Source: Prochlorococcus sp. AG-686-O05 (GTDB lineage Bacteria; Cyanobacteriota; Cyanobacteriia; PCC-6307; Cyanobiaceae). Taken from it: a stretch of 64,000 nucleotides of DNA. Shown in pieces: positions 29,308 through 41,068 of the stretch. How positions within the stretch are numbered: the stretch's first letter is position 1; each line of letters opens with the position of its first letter. A program made the position numbers and the translations under genes. The stretch spans positions 507 through 64,506 of the forward strand of contig QCVV01000001.1 of the NCBI GenBank assembly GCA_003210235.1, in the 5' to 3' direction. The notes below the pieces were generated by a model. That model ran no database searches, was not told the DNA's origin, and worked only from the letters and a program-made list of their open reading frames with translations.

Positions 29308-29460
29308 ATGGCAATTTCAGAATTAAATGAAGATACACAGGATCAAATATGTGATCTTCTTGAAAATTTGCAGCAAATAGAGAAACTTAAAAATAAAGAT
29401 ATGCGTATTTTGTTAGATAAAATAGTTAGACCGTATGGAGGGAAAGTAGTAAATAAATAG
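29308..29460 (+). CDS. Small hypothetical protein (50 aa)
   Basis: MAISELNEDTQDQICDLLENLQQIEKLKNKDMRILLDKIVRPYGGKVVNK, starting 2 nt after the gloA stop. Confidence 0.55.
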   Translation: MAISELNEDTQDQICDLLENLQQIEKLKNKDMRILLDKIVRPYGGKVVNK

Positions 29461-29650
29461 TTTAGTTTCTAATAATTTTGCTATAACTTAATAGAGGCAA
29501 AACCTCAATGAGTTAAATAAATGTTCAACTCCAAGACATAGATTGATTACGTATAGTAGTCTATTCGATTTAATAATCCTTCTAGTAGTGGGAATTTCTG
29601 GAAGGGTTTCTTGTTTTTACCTTGCCGTGTCAATACAAAATTAAGTATTA

Positions 29651-30028
29651 ATGGATAAAACTATAACTTGGCTAATTAGAGGGGCTGTTCTTATTGTTAT
29701 TGGAGGATGCCTTCTTGCATATTTAAACTTAGAGAAAAAACCATCATTAATGTTTTCAAAACCTACTATTGAGGATTTAAAATATAAAGAATTAGATAAG
29801 AAACGTGCGAATGCGGAATTTGCTGCAAAAAGGGATTCTATAGACTACGACAAATTTGGAAGTGAAATTTTTTGTAATTCCTCAATAAATAGTTGGATTG
29901 AATCTGTAAATTATTCCAAGCAAATGGATTTGTATATTTTTGGGAAAGATGCGGATTTATCAGACTGGGATAATTCAATCAAAGATTATGAAAACGAAAG
30001 GTCAAGATGTAGAGACTTTAATCCTTAA
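29651..30028 (+). CDS. Hypothetical protein with N-terminal membrane anchor
   Basis: 125-aa ORF with an N-terminal TM helix. Confidence 0.7.
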   Translation: MDKTITWLIRGAVLIVIGGCLLAYLNLEKKPSLMFSKPTIEDLKYKELDKKRANAEFAAKRDSIDYDKFGSEIFCNSSINSWIESVNYSKQMDLYIFGKDADLSDWDNSIKDYENERSRCRDFNP

Positions 30029-30219
30029 AGGTATTTTTATTTGCCTAGAACCGTGATTTATCCAAAAAGTTGAAATTTTTGGGTATTTAGGAAAAAAGTT
30101 ATCGCATTTTGAAAAACTTATGATACAAAATACAAACACTACAATCTATTTAAATTCTAATTAGAATCAGTAGACAATCTATACAGATTAAACTATTCTT
30201 AGATTATAGCTAAGAATTT

Positions 30220-30717
30220 ATGTCCAAGAATTGGTCCTACATTAGAGATGAATGGCTTAAGAGCACAACTATTGCGCATGATGATGCAAAGTGGGCGTTA
30301 GAAGCTTTAATTAATACGGAAGAAGATTTATTTGAAATAGAAAGAAAATTTAAAAATAACCAAGATGCATTAGGACAAGTTAGAAGTCTAAAGAAAAAAG
30401 TAAAAGAAACTATATCCTCAAAAGAAACAAGCTTAGATGACATTACTTTAAATACTTCTAATTCAAACAAAGTTCAAATTTCAGTCCCATCAAATCTCAA
30501 TTATCTTTTAAAGGTTTGGGCAGCTGCAGAAGGCCGCGATTTATCAAGTGTTGCATTTCAATGTTTAGAAACTGGACTTAGAGAAATGAAGAGCAAAGGT
30601 TCAATTCCATCTATAGCAATAAATCGATATGATTCTGCTTGTCAGAAAAGAATTGCCCTAGCAGAAGTAAATAATTTATTGGAAAAATACGAAATTTCTC
30701 AAAACGAACAAAAATAA
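30220..30717 (+). CDS. Hypothetical protein with CopG/RHH-like segment
   Basis: KVQISVPSNLNYLLKVWAAAEGRDLSSVAFQCLE. Confidence 0.7.
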   Translation: MSKNWSYIRDEWLKSTTIAHDDAKWALEALINTEEDLFEIERKFKNNQDALGQVRSLKKKVKETISSKETSLDDITLNTSNSNKVQISVPSNLNYLLKVWAAAEGRDLSSVAFQCLETGLREMKSKGSIPSIAINRYDSACQKRIALAEVNNLLEKYEISQNEQK

Positions 30718-30718
30718 A

Positions 30719-31105
30719 ATGGCTTTAAAAAAAATAAATAAAGAATATCGCAAATTTATTTCATCATCTTTAATTTTAGCGCCTCAAAAATCCAAATTAG
30801 GAATAGTTTATACCCTTTATTCGGATAGATTAAATTCAATAGAAGTGGGCTTTGCTGAAAATGATAATGTTCTAAAAAAAAAGGTTTTACAAAGCGATTC
30901 GATTTTATTAGATAAAAAGAAAGGTAAAGAGCAAGACCTTAATTTATTAATAAAAATTTTAAATGAATTGGATATCAATTTTTCTAGTAAATTAAATTTT
31001 AGATACTCAAATATTTTAATGAGACATTTATCTACTTTAGGTTGGCCCGTGGGGCGATCACTTTATAAACAGAGAAAAATCAAAAAAGAACTTTCATTTG
31101 CTTAA
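30719..31105 (+). CDS. Hypothetical protein
   Basis: 128-aa ORF directly following the upstream gene. Confidence 0.65.
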   Translation: MALKKINKEYRKFISSSLILAPQKSKLGIVYTLYSDRLNSIEVGFAENDNVLKKKVLQSDSILLDKKKGKEQDLNLLIKILNELDINFSSKLNFRYSNILMRHLSTLGWPVGRSLYKQRKIKKELSFA

Positions 31106-31107
31106 AT

Positions 31108-31581
31108 TTAAATATAATCGCATTCCAAAGTTTCTCTAGTTTCTCTATTAGTAAAAGGATTAGTTCCAGAGGCATCTTTACAAAATTCCCTTAAAACATC
31201 CTTTGGCAAGTAGACATTTGTGAAATCTGCTCCTTGAATTTTTACATTTTCAAATTGAGTACTATAAGCAAAAGAATCTTCTAAATTAGTATTTGTTAAA
31301 TCAGTTCCATCCAATACTGCTGAGTCTAGAGTAACTTCTCTTAAATTAGAATTGCTTAAATTAGTATCCTTTAATTTTGCTCCATATAAACTTGCGTTTT
31401 GAAGATCACAATCTGATAAATTTGCATCCTGTAAATCTGTCAAATAAAAAGTTGCACCTTGTAAATCAGATCCCGAAAAATCATTTCCTAGCAATGATTG
31501 TTTACCATAATCTAATGCTCCAAAACAACTCGATGGAAAGATTAAAGTAATTGAACAAATAATCATTATTATAAATCTCAT
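31108..31581 (-). CDS. Pentapeptide repeat protein
   Basis: A(N/D)Lxx repeats after a signal peptide. Confidence 0.92.
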   Translation of the reverse strand: MRFIIMIICSITLIFPSSCFGALDYGKQSLLGNDFSGSDLQGATFYLTDLQDANLSDCDLQNASLYGAKLKDTNLSNSNLREVTLDSAVLDGTDLTNTNLEDSFAYSTQFENVKIQGADFTNVYLPKDVLREFCKDASGTNPFTNRETRETLECDYI

Positions 31582-31689
31582 TTAAATCAAAAAATGTTTA
31601 ACTAAATTCTAACTTCTTAAGTTGAAAACAAGAAATCTATTTTTAAATGAATGCTATATTTATTGATATGAAAAATATACAAGTAGATT

Positions 31690-33330
31690 TTGGATATAAA
31701 TCCTTTTGATGCGATCGTAGTAGGTTCAGGAGCTACAGGTGGAGTAGCTGCACTTACTTTAGCCGAACAAGGATTAAGAGTTCTAGTAATAGAAGCAGGG
31801 CCTCAAATCAAAAGAAATGAGGCTAGTAGTAATGAGCCGAAAGACACCTTAAACAGATTATCAGGAATAGTCTCGAAGAAACACGCTAATCAAAGTCAAC
31901 ATCCTGGTTATTGGAAAAACAACCCTAATTTATATTCAAATGAATTAAATCATCCTTATAGCCAATCAAAAGACAAGCCATTCCTTTGGACTCAAGGGAA
32001 GCAATATGGAGGGAGATCATTAACTTGGGGAGGTATTACCTTGAGATTTTCTCCAGATGATTTTCATCCATCAAAAAAAGATGGGTACGGTCCAGATTGG
32101 CCTATTTCCTACGATGAATTATCACCTCATTATGATTTTATTGAGAAATTTTGTGGAATTTATGGACAAAAAGATAACATTAAAGAGGTTCCAAATGGTA
32201 AATATATTGGTGAAATACCTCTTACAAATAATGAAAGTATTTTTGGGAATCAAATTAAATCAAAATTAAACTATCCATTTATTCAATCTAGAGGATTTGA
32301 CCGTAATTCCTCAGTAAAAGAAGACCATTGGCCTAGATCTTCAAGTGTCGGGACCACCTTTAAAAAAGCATTAAGAACAGGAAATGTTCAAATACTTTTT
32401 AATCACCTAGTAGATTCATTCGAAACAGATAAAATAACTGAGCTCGCTTCAAAAATAATCATTGTAAATCTAGAAAACGGTCAAAGAATATCATTAAATT
32501 GCGATTTAATTATCTTATGTGCATCCACAATATCAACACTTAGGATTCTACTTAACTCGGAAATTAAATCAAACTCTTCAGGTTTTAAAGATCCCTCCGG
32601 TAAGTTAGGTAAATATTTGATGGATCATATTTCTATCTGTAGATTTTTTTCAATTCCTAATACAATTAAGACAAAAAATAAATCTCATACTTGTCCTGAC
32701 CTCTCAGGTGCGGGGAGCTTTTTTATACCATTCGGGTCAAACTTACCTAAACCTGAAAGTATTAATTTTTTAAGAGGTTATGGAATTTGGGGCGCAATTG
32801 ATAGGCTTGGAATCCCTAAGTTTTTACAAAAAGATTTAAATTCTTCGACAGGTTTTCTAATCGCCCATGGTGAGGTCCTACCAAGAGAAGAAAATTCAGT
32901 ATCTCTTTCTAAGAGAACAGATAAATGGGGGATTCCAATCCCTCATATTGAATTCAAATGGAGTGAAAACGAATTAAATATGGCTAAACATATGGAAAGT
33001 ACGATAAGAGATTCAATAGAAGCTGCAGATGGAGATATTAGAGGAATTGATGAGCTCATAAAAATCCCTTATGTAGGATTATTTACAGAAAAATCTATTG
33101 CACTTTCAGGAAATCCTCCACCACCTGGATATTATATTCATGAAGTAGGAGGAGCAGCTATGGGATTTAATGAGGAAGAAAGTGTCGTCAATAAATCAAA
33201 TCAACTATGGAGGTGTAGAAATGTCCTTGTACTAGATGGTGCATGTTGGCCAACTTCTTCGTGGCAAAGCCCTACCCTAACGATGATGGCTATAAGTAGA
33301 AGAGCTTGTTTAAATATTAAAAAGATTTAG
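31690..33330 (+). CDS. GMC family oxidoreductase
   Basis: GSGATGG FAD motif, GGRSLTWGG, HEVGGA and PTLTMMA. Confidence 0.9.
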   Translation: MDINPFDAIVVGSGATGGVAALTLAEQGLRVLVIEAGPQIKRNEASSNEPKDTLNRLSGIVSKKHANQSQHPGYWKNNPNLYSNELNHPYSQSKDKPFLWTQGKQYGGRSLTWGGITLRFSPDDFHPSKKDGYGPDWPISYDELSPHYDFIEKFCGIYGQKDNIKEVPNGKYIGEIPLTNNESIFGNQIKSKLNYPFIQSRGFDRNSSVKEDHWPRSSSVGTTFKKALRTGNVQILFNHLVDSFETDKITELASKIIIVNLENGQRISLNCDLIILCASTISTLRILLNSEIKSNSSGFKDPSGKLGKYLMDHISICRFFSIPNTIKTKNKSHTCPDLSGAGSFFIPFGSNLPKPESINFLRGYGIWGAIDRLGIPKFLQKDLNSSTGFLIAHGEVLPREENSVSLSKRTDKWGIPIPHIEFKWSENELNMAKHMESTIRDSIEAADGDIRGIDELIKIPYVGLFTEKSIALSGNPPPPGYYIHEVGGAAMGFNEEESVVNKSNQLWRCRNVLVLDGACWPTSSWQSPTLTMMAISRRACLNIKKI

Positions 33331-33574
33331 AGGGTGTAAAAAGTTGATTTATGTAAATCTCTGAAACTGAACTATCAGTACATCCATTTTGGACAAGAAA
33401 AGTAGCTAAAGCAGAATTTATAAGCTTGTATTGATCCCATGTAGGATTATGTAAAACAAAATCTTTCATCGTTTCATAAAGACTTTCTGAAAGCTCAGTT
33501 TCTAAAGAGACTTTTGATGGGAAAGAATTATCTAATTTAACTTCAATGTTATTACCTTGATTTATTTGATTCAT
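33317..33574 (-). CDS. DUF2811-like protein
   Basis: LYETMKDFVLHNPTWDQY...LATFLVQNG. Confidence 0.75.
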   Translation of the reverse strand: MNQINQGNNIEVKLDNSFPSKVSLETELSESLYETMKDFVLHNPTWDQYKLINSALATFLVQNGCTDSSVSEIYINQLFTPSKSF

Positions 33575-33923
33575 AAAAAAATTTCGTGTTCAAATATAAT
33601 TGTCTATTTTTTAAAAAAAGTCAAAAATATATTTTTATCAGATCTACACCTTTATCAAATGAGACTCATGTTATAAACGAGATCTAGCAAAAACTAATTC
33701 CAAAAGGGATAAATTGAAAAAAGCTTTAAGAAAAGTCAATAATAATGTTGAAGTGCTGTTATTTCCGAGATAAGGCTTTATACCTAATTCGATGTGGATA
33801 CGGACGTGGAAAACTTATTATTAACTGTGGAAAAAATAACCCAAAATACTTTTCTGAATATCTATTAGGAATACTTATATATGATTAGTCTATTGAGACC
33901 AAATTAAGAAAGAGACAGTTGAT

Positions 33924-35063
33924 TCAGTCTTTTTCAACTGAATTTCTTAAGATTTGATCATCACTAAACAAGCGAAGCGTAACAGGTCCCAAGGGATGTT
34001 TTGAATTTGGATAAACACTATGATTATGATGATGGTCTTCATGTTTATGTTGATGTTCATAATTCTCTTTTTCTACTAAAAGTACTTGCTTATCATCAAC
34101 ATCATTCAAGCTTTGGCTATTTGTTTCGCAGGCCCCATTACATTCAGAATCACATAAATCACAACTAAGTCCTATGCCCTCAACATGATCATGATGACTT
34201 TCTTGTACTAATCCAACTTCTTTTTCAAAACCAAATAGGTTCGATCTATATTTGCACAGAGAACAATTCATGAAATTATTACTCTCGTCATTAAAAATTT
34301 CTTCAATCCTTTCTACAAATGTTTGAACAACATAGTTATGAGATGAAAGATATTTTGCCTCATGGAATTCAACATGTGGATTATCAATTGCCACTAAATC
34401 GCTTTGCCTTTTTATTCTTGTTACGAGTACCCCTGAAAAAAGAAAATAAGGAAAAATAATGATGTTTTTATAACCAAGTCTTACAACATTTCGCAAACCA
34501 GGTTCTACTAATGGAAATGTTACCCCCGAGAATACAGTTTCACCCCAGCCCAAACCTACTCCTTCAACTACCATTCTTGTAATTTTAGATACGTTAGAAT
34601 TTGCATCGGGATCAGAAGAGCCTCTTCCAACTACTACTAATAATGATTCTTCAGGGATTAGAGAATTATTCTTTTTGAATACTTCTTTAACTCTCTCGCA
34701 GGCTGCACTAATCATTAAATTATTAATTCCTAATTCTCTTCCATAAATTATTTCAATATCAGTTTTCTTCGCATAATTCATAAGTAAACTTGGTATGTCA
34801 TTTTTCACGTGCCCAGCAGCAAAAAGCATAGCCGGTATAGCTATTACTTTTTTTATAGAACTATTTCTTAATTTATCCAAAGCATCAGTAAGAGATGGTT
34901 TTGCAAATTCCAAAAAACCAAACTCAACTAATATTGATGGATATTTTTTTTGTATGAGCCTAGTTAATTCCTGAAATTCTGTAATAGCTAATTTATTTCT
35001 ACTTCCATGACCACAAATGAGGATGCCAATTTGCTTATTTAAGTTTGAATCAAAAATATCCAA
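33924..35063 (-). CDS. cbiX: Sirohydrochlorin cobaltochelatase
   Basis: CGHGSR, AGHVKNDIP, GRGSSDP, MNCSLC and a His-rich tail. Confidence 0.9.
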   Translation of the reverse strand: MDIFDSNLNKQIGILICGHGSRNKLAITEFQELTRLIQKKYPSILVEFGFLEFAKPSLTDALDKLRNSSIKKVIAIPAMLFAAGHVKNDIPSLLMNYAKKTDIEIIYGRELGINNLMISAACERVKEVFKKNNSLIPEESLLVVVGRGSSDPDANSNVSKITRMVVEGVGLGWGETVFSGVTFPLVEPGLRNVVRLGYKNIIIFPYFLFSGVLVTRIKRQSDLVAIDNPHVEFHEAKYLSSHNYVVQTFVERIEEIFNDESNNFMNCSLCKYRSNLFGFEKEVGLVQESHHDHVEGIGLSCDLCDSECNGACETNSQSLNDVDDKQVLLVEKENYEHQHKHEDHHHNHSVYPNSKHPLGPVTLRLFSDDQILRNSVEKD

Positions 35064-35110
35064 TTTTAAGCAATAACTAATAACATATTACTAAAGAAGA
35101 TTATTTAGTA

Positions 35111-36391
35111 GTGAAAAATAATAATAATTTACTTGAAGTTCCAAATATCAATTCCAGAGATGCTCAAATTAAAAAACTAATTTATAAAGTAGAGGAAAAT
35201 TTATTTAAAAGTCGATTCAAATTATCATCAAAATCAGAATATCTTTGTGTTTGCAGTGGGGGTACCACCTCAAGCTGCGCTAGAAAAGGTTTAATTACCC
35301 TTGATTTAAGAAAAGAATATAACCAAATTCATCTTGATAAAGAAAAGAATTTAATAAAAATTGGAGGTGGGGTGATTATGAAGGATCTTATGAATTATTT
35401 AGAGAAACATAATAAGACCTTCCCTACTGGCCTATCAAAACTTCCCGGAGCAGGTTACATATTAACCGGAGGGATAAGCCCGATGAGTCGTAGATATGGA
35501 TTAGCTATCGATAATATTCAGTCCATAAAAGGATACTTAGGGAATGGGACCTTTATATCATTAGAACAAAACAGCCTAAATTCAGCACAAAAATTAATAT
35601 GGGAAGGACTTAAAGGTGCTGCTCCTTTTCTCGCAATAATTACTGAAATTAGTCTTAAAACATTCCAATCTCACCCTATTCAAATTATTGAAGGATTTGT
35701 AAATGATAATGAACTCTCAAAAATTATTAATTTGGCTGAGGGATTCCCAGAGAATTTAAGCCTTCAATGGATTTATGCCGAAGAAATATATATTTATATC
35801 TTCGCGGAGATAAAAAATGATTTAGATAACAAAATTACTAAAAACTATTTAAGAACACTTGAAAAATTCACTTCTCTCAAAGTAAAAAAATATGAAAACT
35901 ATAATCAGATAAATTTTTTTCCAAAAGAATTAGATCTTTTCGAATTAAATAAAAATAACCATTCAGAAGTAATAAGTCTTCTCGGAGGAGATTTAAAAGA
36001 TGACATTCAAATCTTTGTAAAATGTATGAAAGAAATAATTCATGACAAACCAAATAATTCTTGTTATGTCGCTTCACAACAGCTTGGAGGAAAGACAAAA
36101 GATTCTGAGTATAAATCAAGTTTCTTTATTCATCGTGAAAGTACTTGGAAACCTTGGATCTATGCCGCATGGAAAAAAGATGATCTTAAAGAAAAGGAAA
36201 TAGTTTTGGAGTGGATGAATAAATCGTGGGAAAAACTAAAAAAATTTTTCCCACAAATACATTTAGCTCAAATTCATAATCATTTAAATTCACACGAAGA
36301 AGAAGTCTATTTATCTTTTGGGGAAAGACTTAGTGAATTAAAAACTTTAAAGAATATTTGTGATCCAGAAGGTATTTTGCCTCCTCTATAA
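35111..36391 (+). CDS. FAD-binding oxidoreductase (PCMH/BBE-like)
   Basis: SGGT, GYILTGGI...RRYGLAID and C-terminal DPEG motifs. Confidence 0.82.
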   Translation: MKNNNNLLEVPNINSRDAQIKKLIYKVEENLFKSRFKLSSKSEYLCVCSGGTTSSCARKGLITLDLRKEYNQIHLDKEKNLIKIGGGVIMKDLMNYLEKHNKTFPTGLSKLPGAGYILTGGISPMSRRYGLAIDNIQSIKGYLGNGTFISLEQNSLNSAQKLIWEGLKGAAPFLAIITEISLKTFQSHPIQIIEGFVNDNELSKIINLAEGFPENLSLQWIYAEEIYIYIFAEIKNDLDNKITKNYLRTLEKFTSLKVKKYENYNQINFFPKELDLFELNKNNHSEVISLLGGDLKDDIQIFVKCMKEIIHDKPNNSCYVASQQLGGKTKDSEYKSSFFIHRESTWKPWIYAAWKKDDLKEKEIVLEWMNKSWEKLKKFFPQIHLAQIHNHLNSHEEEVYLSFGERLSELKTLKNICDPEGILPPL

Positions 36392-36422
36392 GGTAACTTT
36401 TAAAGTATATGAAGAAATTAAA

Positions 36423-37991
36423 ATGTCAAATTTCACCAAATATTTATCTAAAAATTGGTTAGATGATCCAAAATCCAATATTCTTTCAGGTTTAGTAGTA
36501 GCTTTTGCAATGATTCCTGAAGCAATTGCTTTTTCAGGAATTGCTGGAGTTGATCCCAAAGTTGGACTTTATGGCGCATTCTGCCTATCTATAACAATTG
36601 CTATTCTTGGTGGCAGAAGGGGTATGATTACTTCCGCAACAGGATCAACAGCCCTCTTAATGACTGGGGTCGTTGCTATTGGAGAGGCTCAGGCTCCTGG
36701 AACAAATCTTGGTCTTTCCTATTTAATAGCTGCAGGATTATTAACTGGTGTTTTTCAAATACTCTGGGGATATCTAAGGCTGGCTTATCAAATGAGGTTT
36801 GTACCTACAGGTGTATTAAGCGGATTTGTAAATGCTCTTGCATTATTAATATTTCAAGCTCAATTCCTTCAATTAGGAATTGGCATTAATGAAGGGAAGC
36901 TCTTAGAAAATGAACTTTCAAAATATCCGACAAATAGTCAAATACCTACTGTTTGGATTCTCGTAATTTTAGGATTAATTGTTATTTATGGATTTCCCAA
37001 AATCACAAAAGTAATTCCTTCTCAATTAGTAGCAATTGTTTTGCTTACATTTATAAGTATATTTTTTAAGTTAGAAATTCCTACTGTTAGTGATTTAGGA
37101 ACATTACCGAATGGATTTCCAAGCTTCTCTTTACCATTTGGTGAATTAGAGAATGGAAGAGCACCATTTAACCTTTCAACCTTAGGAATCATACTGCCCA
37201 CATCTTTGGCAATATCACTCGTTGGTTTAATGGAAACATTCCTAACTCAGGATATATTAGATGATGCCACAGATTCAAGTTCCAACAAAAACAAAGAAGC
37301 AAGAGGACAAGGTATAGCTAATATAATTTCCTCTTTATTTGGAGGCATGGCAGGCTGTGCGCTCGTAGGGCAATCAGTTATGAATAATGAGAATGGGGGT
37401 AAATCTAGGTTATCAACTTTAATTTCAGGATTATCATTACTATTAATGATAATCCTTTTAAAACCATGGATAGGGGCAATACCTATGGCCGCTTTAGTAG
37501 CAATAATGATCACAATTGCGGTAAGTACTGCCGATTTAAATGGTTTAAAGAATATTAGAAAGATACCAAAAAGTGACACCGCAGTAATGCTTATGACATT
37601 TGCAGTTACGATGCTTACAAAACCACATAATCTTGCTCTAGGTGTAATTGCAGGAGTTGGTTTAGCTGCAATACTTTTTAGCAGGAAAGTTGCGAAAGTT
37701 ATAACTGTTTCAAGAGTTAATAGAAAAAACCAAATAACTTACAAAGTTGAAGGTCAATTATTTTTTGTAAGTAAAATATATTTTCTACAAGGATTCGACA
37801 TTCATGAGCATCCAAAAGATATTTTAATTGATATGTCTTTAGCTCATATTTGGGATCAGAGCGGAGTGGTTGCTCTAGATCAAATTATTAGAAAATTCAA
37901 AAATAGCGGTTCAAAAGTTGAGGTTATTGGTTTAAATAAAGAAAGCTTGAACTTATTTGAAAGACTAGGAGGTCTTGAAACCTCTCATTAA
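36423..37991 (+). CDS. SulP family anion transporter with STAS domain
   Basis: IPEAIAFSGIAGV, GGMAGCALVGQS and WDQSG motifs. ATG 36423 is preferred as start. Confidence 0.92.
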   Translation: MSNFTKYLSKNWLDDPKSNILSGLVVAFAMIPEAIAFSGIAGVDPKVGLYGAFCLSITIAILGGRRGMITSATGSTALLMTGVVAIGEAQAPGTNLGLSYLIAAGLLTGVFQILWGYLRLAYQMRFVPTGVLSGFVNALALLIFQAQFLQLGIGINEGKLLENELSKYPTNSQIPTVWILVILGLIVIYGFPKITKVIPSQLVAIVLLTFISIFFKLEIPTVSDLGTLPNGFPSFSLPFGELENGRAPFNLSTLGIILPTSLAISLVGLMETFLTQDILDDATDSSSNKNKEARGQGIANIISSLFGGMAGCALVGQSVMNNENGGKSRLSTLISGLSLLLMIILLKPWIGAIPMAALVAIMITIAVSTADLNGLKNIRKIPKSDTAVMLMTFAVTMLTKPHNLALGVIAGVGLAAILFSRKVAKVITVSRVNRKNQITYKVEGQLFFVSKIYFLQGFDIHEHPKDILIDMSLAHIWDQSGVVALDQIIRKFKNSGSKVEVIGLNKESLNLFERLGGLETSH

Positions 37992-37997
37992 TTTAAT

Positions 37998-38888
37998 TTA
38001 ATTGAGACTAACTTGCTGATAACAAAACCATAGCCATTGCTGGAAAAGGAGATTCCGATGAGATCTCCAAGATGTATTTGAACAATTAATATCAAAATTC
38101 TCAGGAGGAGGGACATCTCCCTTTTCTTTATCTCTATTAATTTCGCTAATTATTCTATGCACTGTATATTCAGGATGACCTAAGTGCATAAGTTGTTTTT
38201 GATCTTTGGTTTCAAATATTGTGTAACCAACATTCTTGCCATATGCAAGCAAATTTAATTTGCCATCTTTTTGTGCTTCTTCCATTTCAAGATCAGGTAA
38301 CCCTGCAAATCTACTTTGAGGACAGATAAATTCATCATCTTGCGTACCCATTAAAGGATGACCAGGGGCAAGACTCTTTAATGGGAATAACCCGAATAAT
38401 TTCCTATCAAATACTGTTTTATTAACACCTGCCAAATAAGCTAGTGCAAATCCTGCCCAACACAACCCAAGGGTGCTTGCACATGAATTTCTGGCTTCAT
38501 TAGTAATATTTACGAATTCATCCCAATATTTAACTTCTTCAAAAGCCAAATGCTCAACAGGTGCTCCGGTAATAATTACCCCATCTAATGGTTCTGGATC
38601 ATTTGCCTCCTCCCATGTTGTATAAAGATTATTTAAATGGTTAAGATCCCATGTTTTATATGAATGAGTTTTTAATTTTATCCAAACAGGCTCAATTTGA
38701 AGTGGAGATAAACCAAGAGGATGTAATAAATTAAATTCATATTGCTTGCCAAGAGGCATGATATTTAAAATACCAATCCTTAATGGTCGTATATCCTGTC
38801 TTTCAGCCAAATCCGGTTCAATCCAAGAAATATGATTTTTCTCAACATCACCAATTTTGTGATAATTGCTTGGTATTATTAAAGCCAA
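37998..38888 (-). CDS. metA: Homoserine O-acyltransferase (MetA family, probably acetyl-specific)
   Basis: ILNIMP, ITGAPVE, LCWA and GHPEY motifs. Confidence 0.9.
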   Translation of the reverse strand: MALIIPSNYHKIGDVEKNHISWIEPDLAERQDIRPLRIGILNIMPLGKQYEFNLLHPLGLSPLQIEPVWIKLKTHSYKTWDLNHLNNLYTTWEEANDPEPLDGVIITGAPVEHLAFEEVKYWDEFVNITNEARNSCASTLGLCWAGFALAYLAGVNKTVFDRKLFGLFPLKSLAPGHPLMGTQDDEFICPQSRFAGLPDLEMEEAQKDGKLNLLAYGKNVGYTIFETKDQKQLMHLGHPEYTVHRIISEINRDKEKGDVPPPENFDINCSNTSWRSHRNLLFQQWLWFCYQQVSLN

Positions 38889-38902
38889 AGAATCTCCATT
38901 AT

Positions 38903-40255
<1,353 letters not shown>

Positions 40256-40304
40256 CTATTAAACTTAAAAACTTCGTAAAAATAAATATAAAAAAGATAA
40301 ATCT

Positions 40305-40964
40305 TTATAAAACCTCTTTCAATGATGGATAATTCTCCTTCATAAATAATTTCAAGTCTTTATTTATTTCAGATCTTAAATTCTCTGCATTTTTGCTGTC
40401 GACAATAGGGAAAGATTCATTTGCGTCAGGATCTTTTTCAGTAATAGATTTCCAGCTTTTACTCACATCTTTTTCAGATTTATTAAGTATATTAATAAAA
40501 TCAAAAGGCTCGTTATTATTTTGGGCATCGTATTCGTTAAATGCTTTTTCAATAATTTGTTTTCTGTTAACAAACAAATTTCTAGCCTTCAAAGTATCTG
40601 GTAAACCCATCACGGGTTGTAGCTCTTTAAGAAGCTTCAACTCCTCTTCAATCAAAAGAGTCCATACACTTACTTGTTTTTTAGGTAAGTAAGATTCATT
40701 AAATATTTTAATTTCTTCAAGATAGAAATTTAACCATAAATAATAAGATTTCTCTTCAATAGATTTTTTAACAGATGCTTTTTTATTTTGAATTTTCGGA
40801 AGCAACTTCTCTGCTTTTTTCAAAAATTGTCTGTCTTCTCTTTCTAGATTTATCAATCCCCACCTTTGACTATAGTCCCATAAATCTTCATAACGTGATA
40901 AATCTTCTTGATTCCAACCAAGAGCTTTTAGTTCATGAGAGCGATGTGATAATTCTTTATTCAA
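40305..40964 (-). CDS. Hypothetical protein
   Basis: 219-aa ORF (ELKALGW...LWDYSQRWG). Confidence 0.75.
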   Translation of the reverse strand: MNKELSHRSHELKALGWNQEDLSRYEDLWDYSQRWGLINLEREDRQFLKKAEKLLPKIQNKKASVKKSIEEKSYYLWLNFYLEEIKIFNESYLPKKQVSVWTLLIEEELKLLKELQPVMGLPDTLKARNLFVNRKQIIEKAFNEYDAQNNNEPFDFINILNKSEKDVSKSWKSITEKDPDANESFPIVDSKNAENLRSEINKDLKLFMKENYPSLKEVL

Positions 40965-41068
40965 AAAAAAACCTACCTTAACTTAACAAGTCTAACTCTG
41001 AAATTAGGATAAGTAAATAATAGAAAAGAGCAACTCAAATAATTTAAAGAAATTATGTAAGTCTCGTA

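Noticed and set aside
29490-29620. Short hairpin and ATGTTCAACT resembling the start of the glutamine riboswitch
   Set aside because: There is no complementary GAACG segment or downstream YRG peptide.
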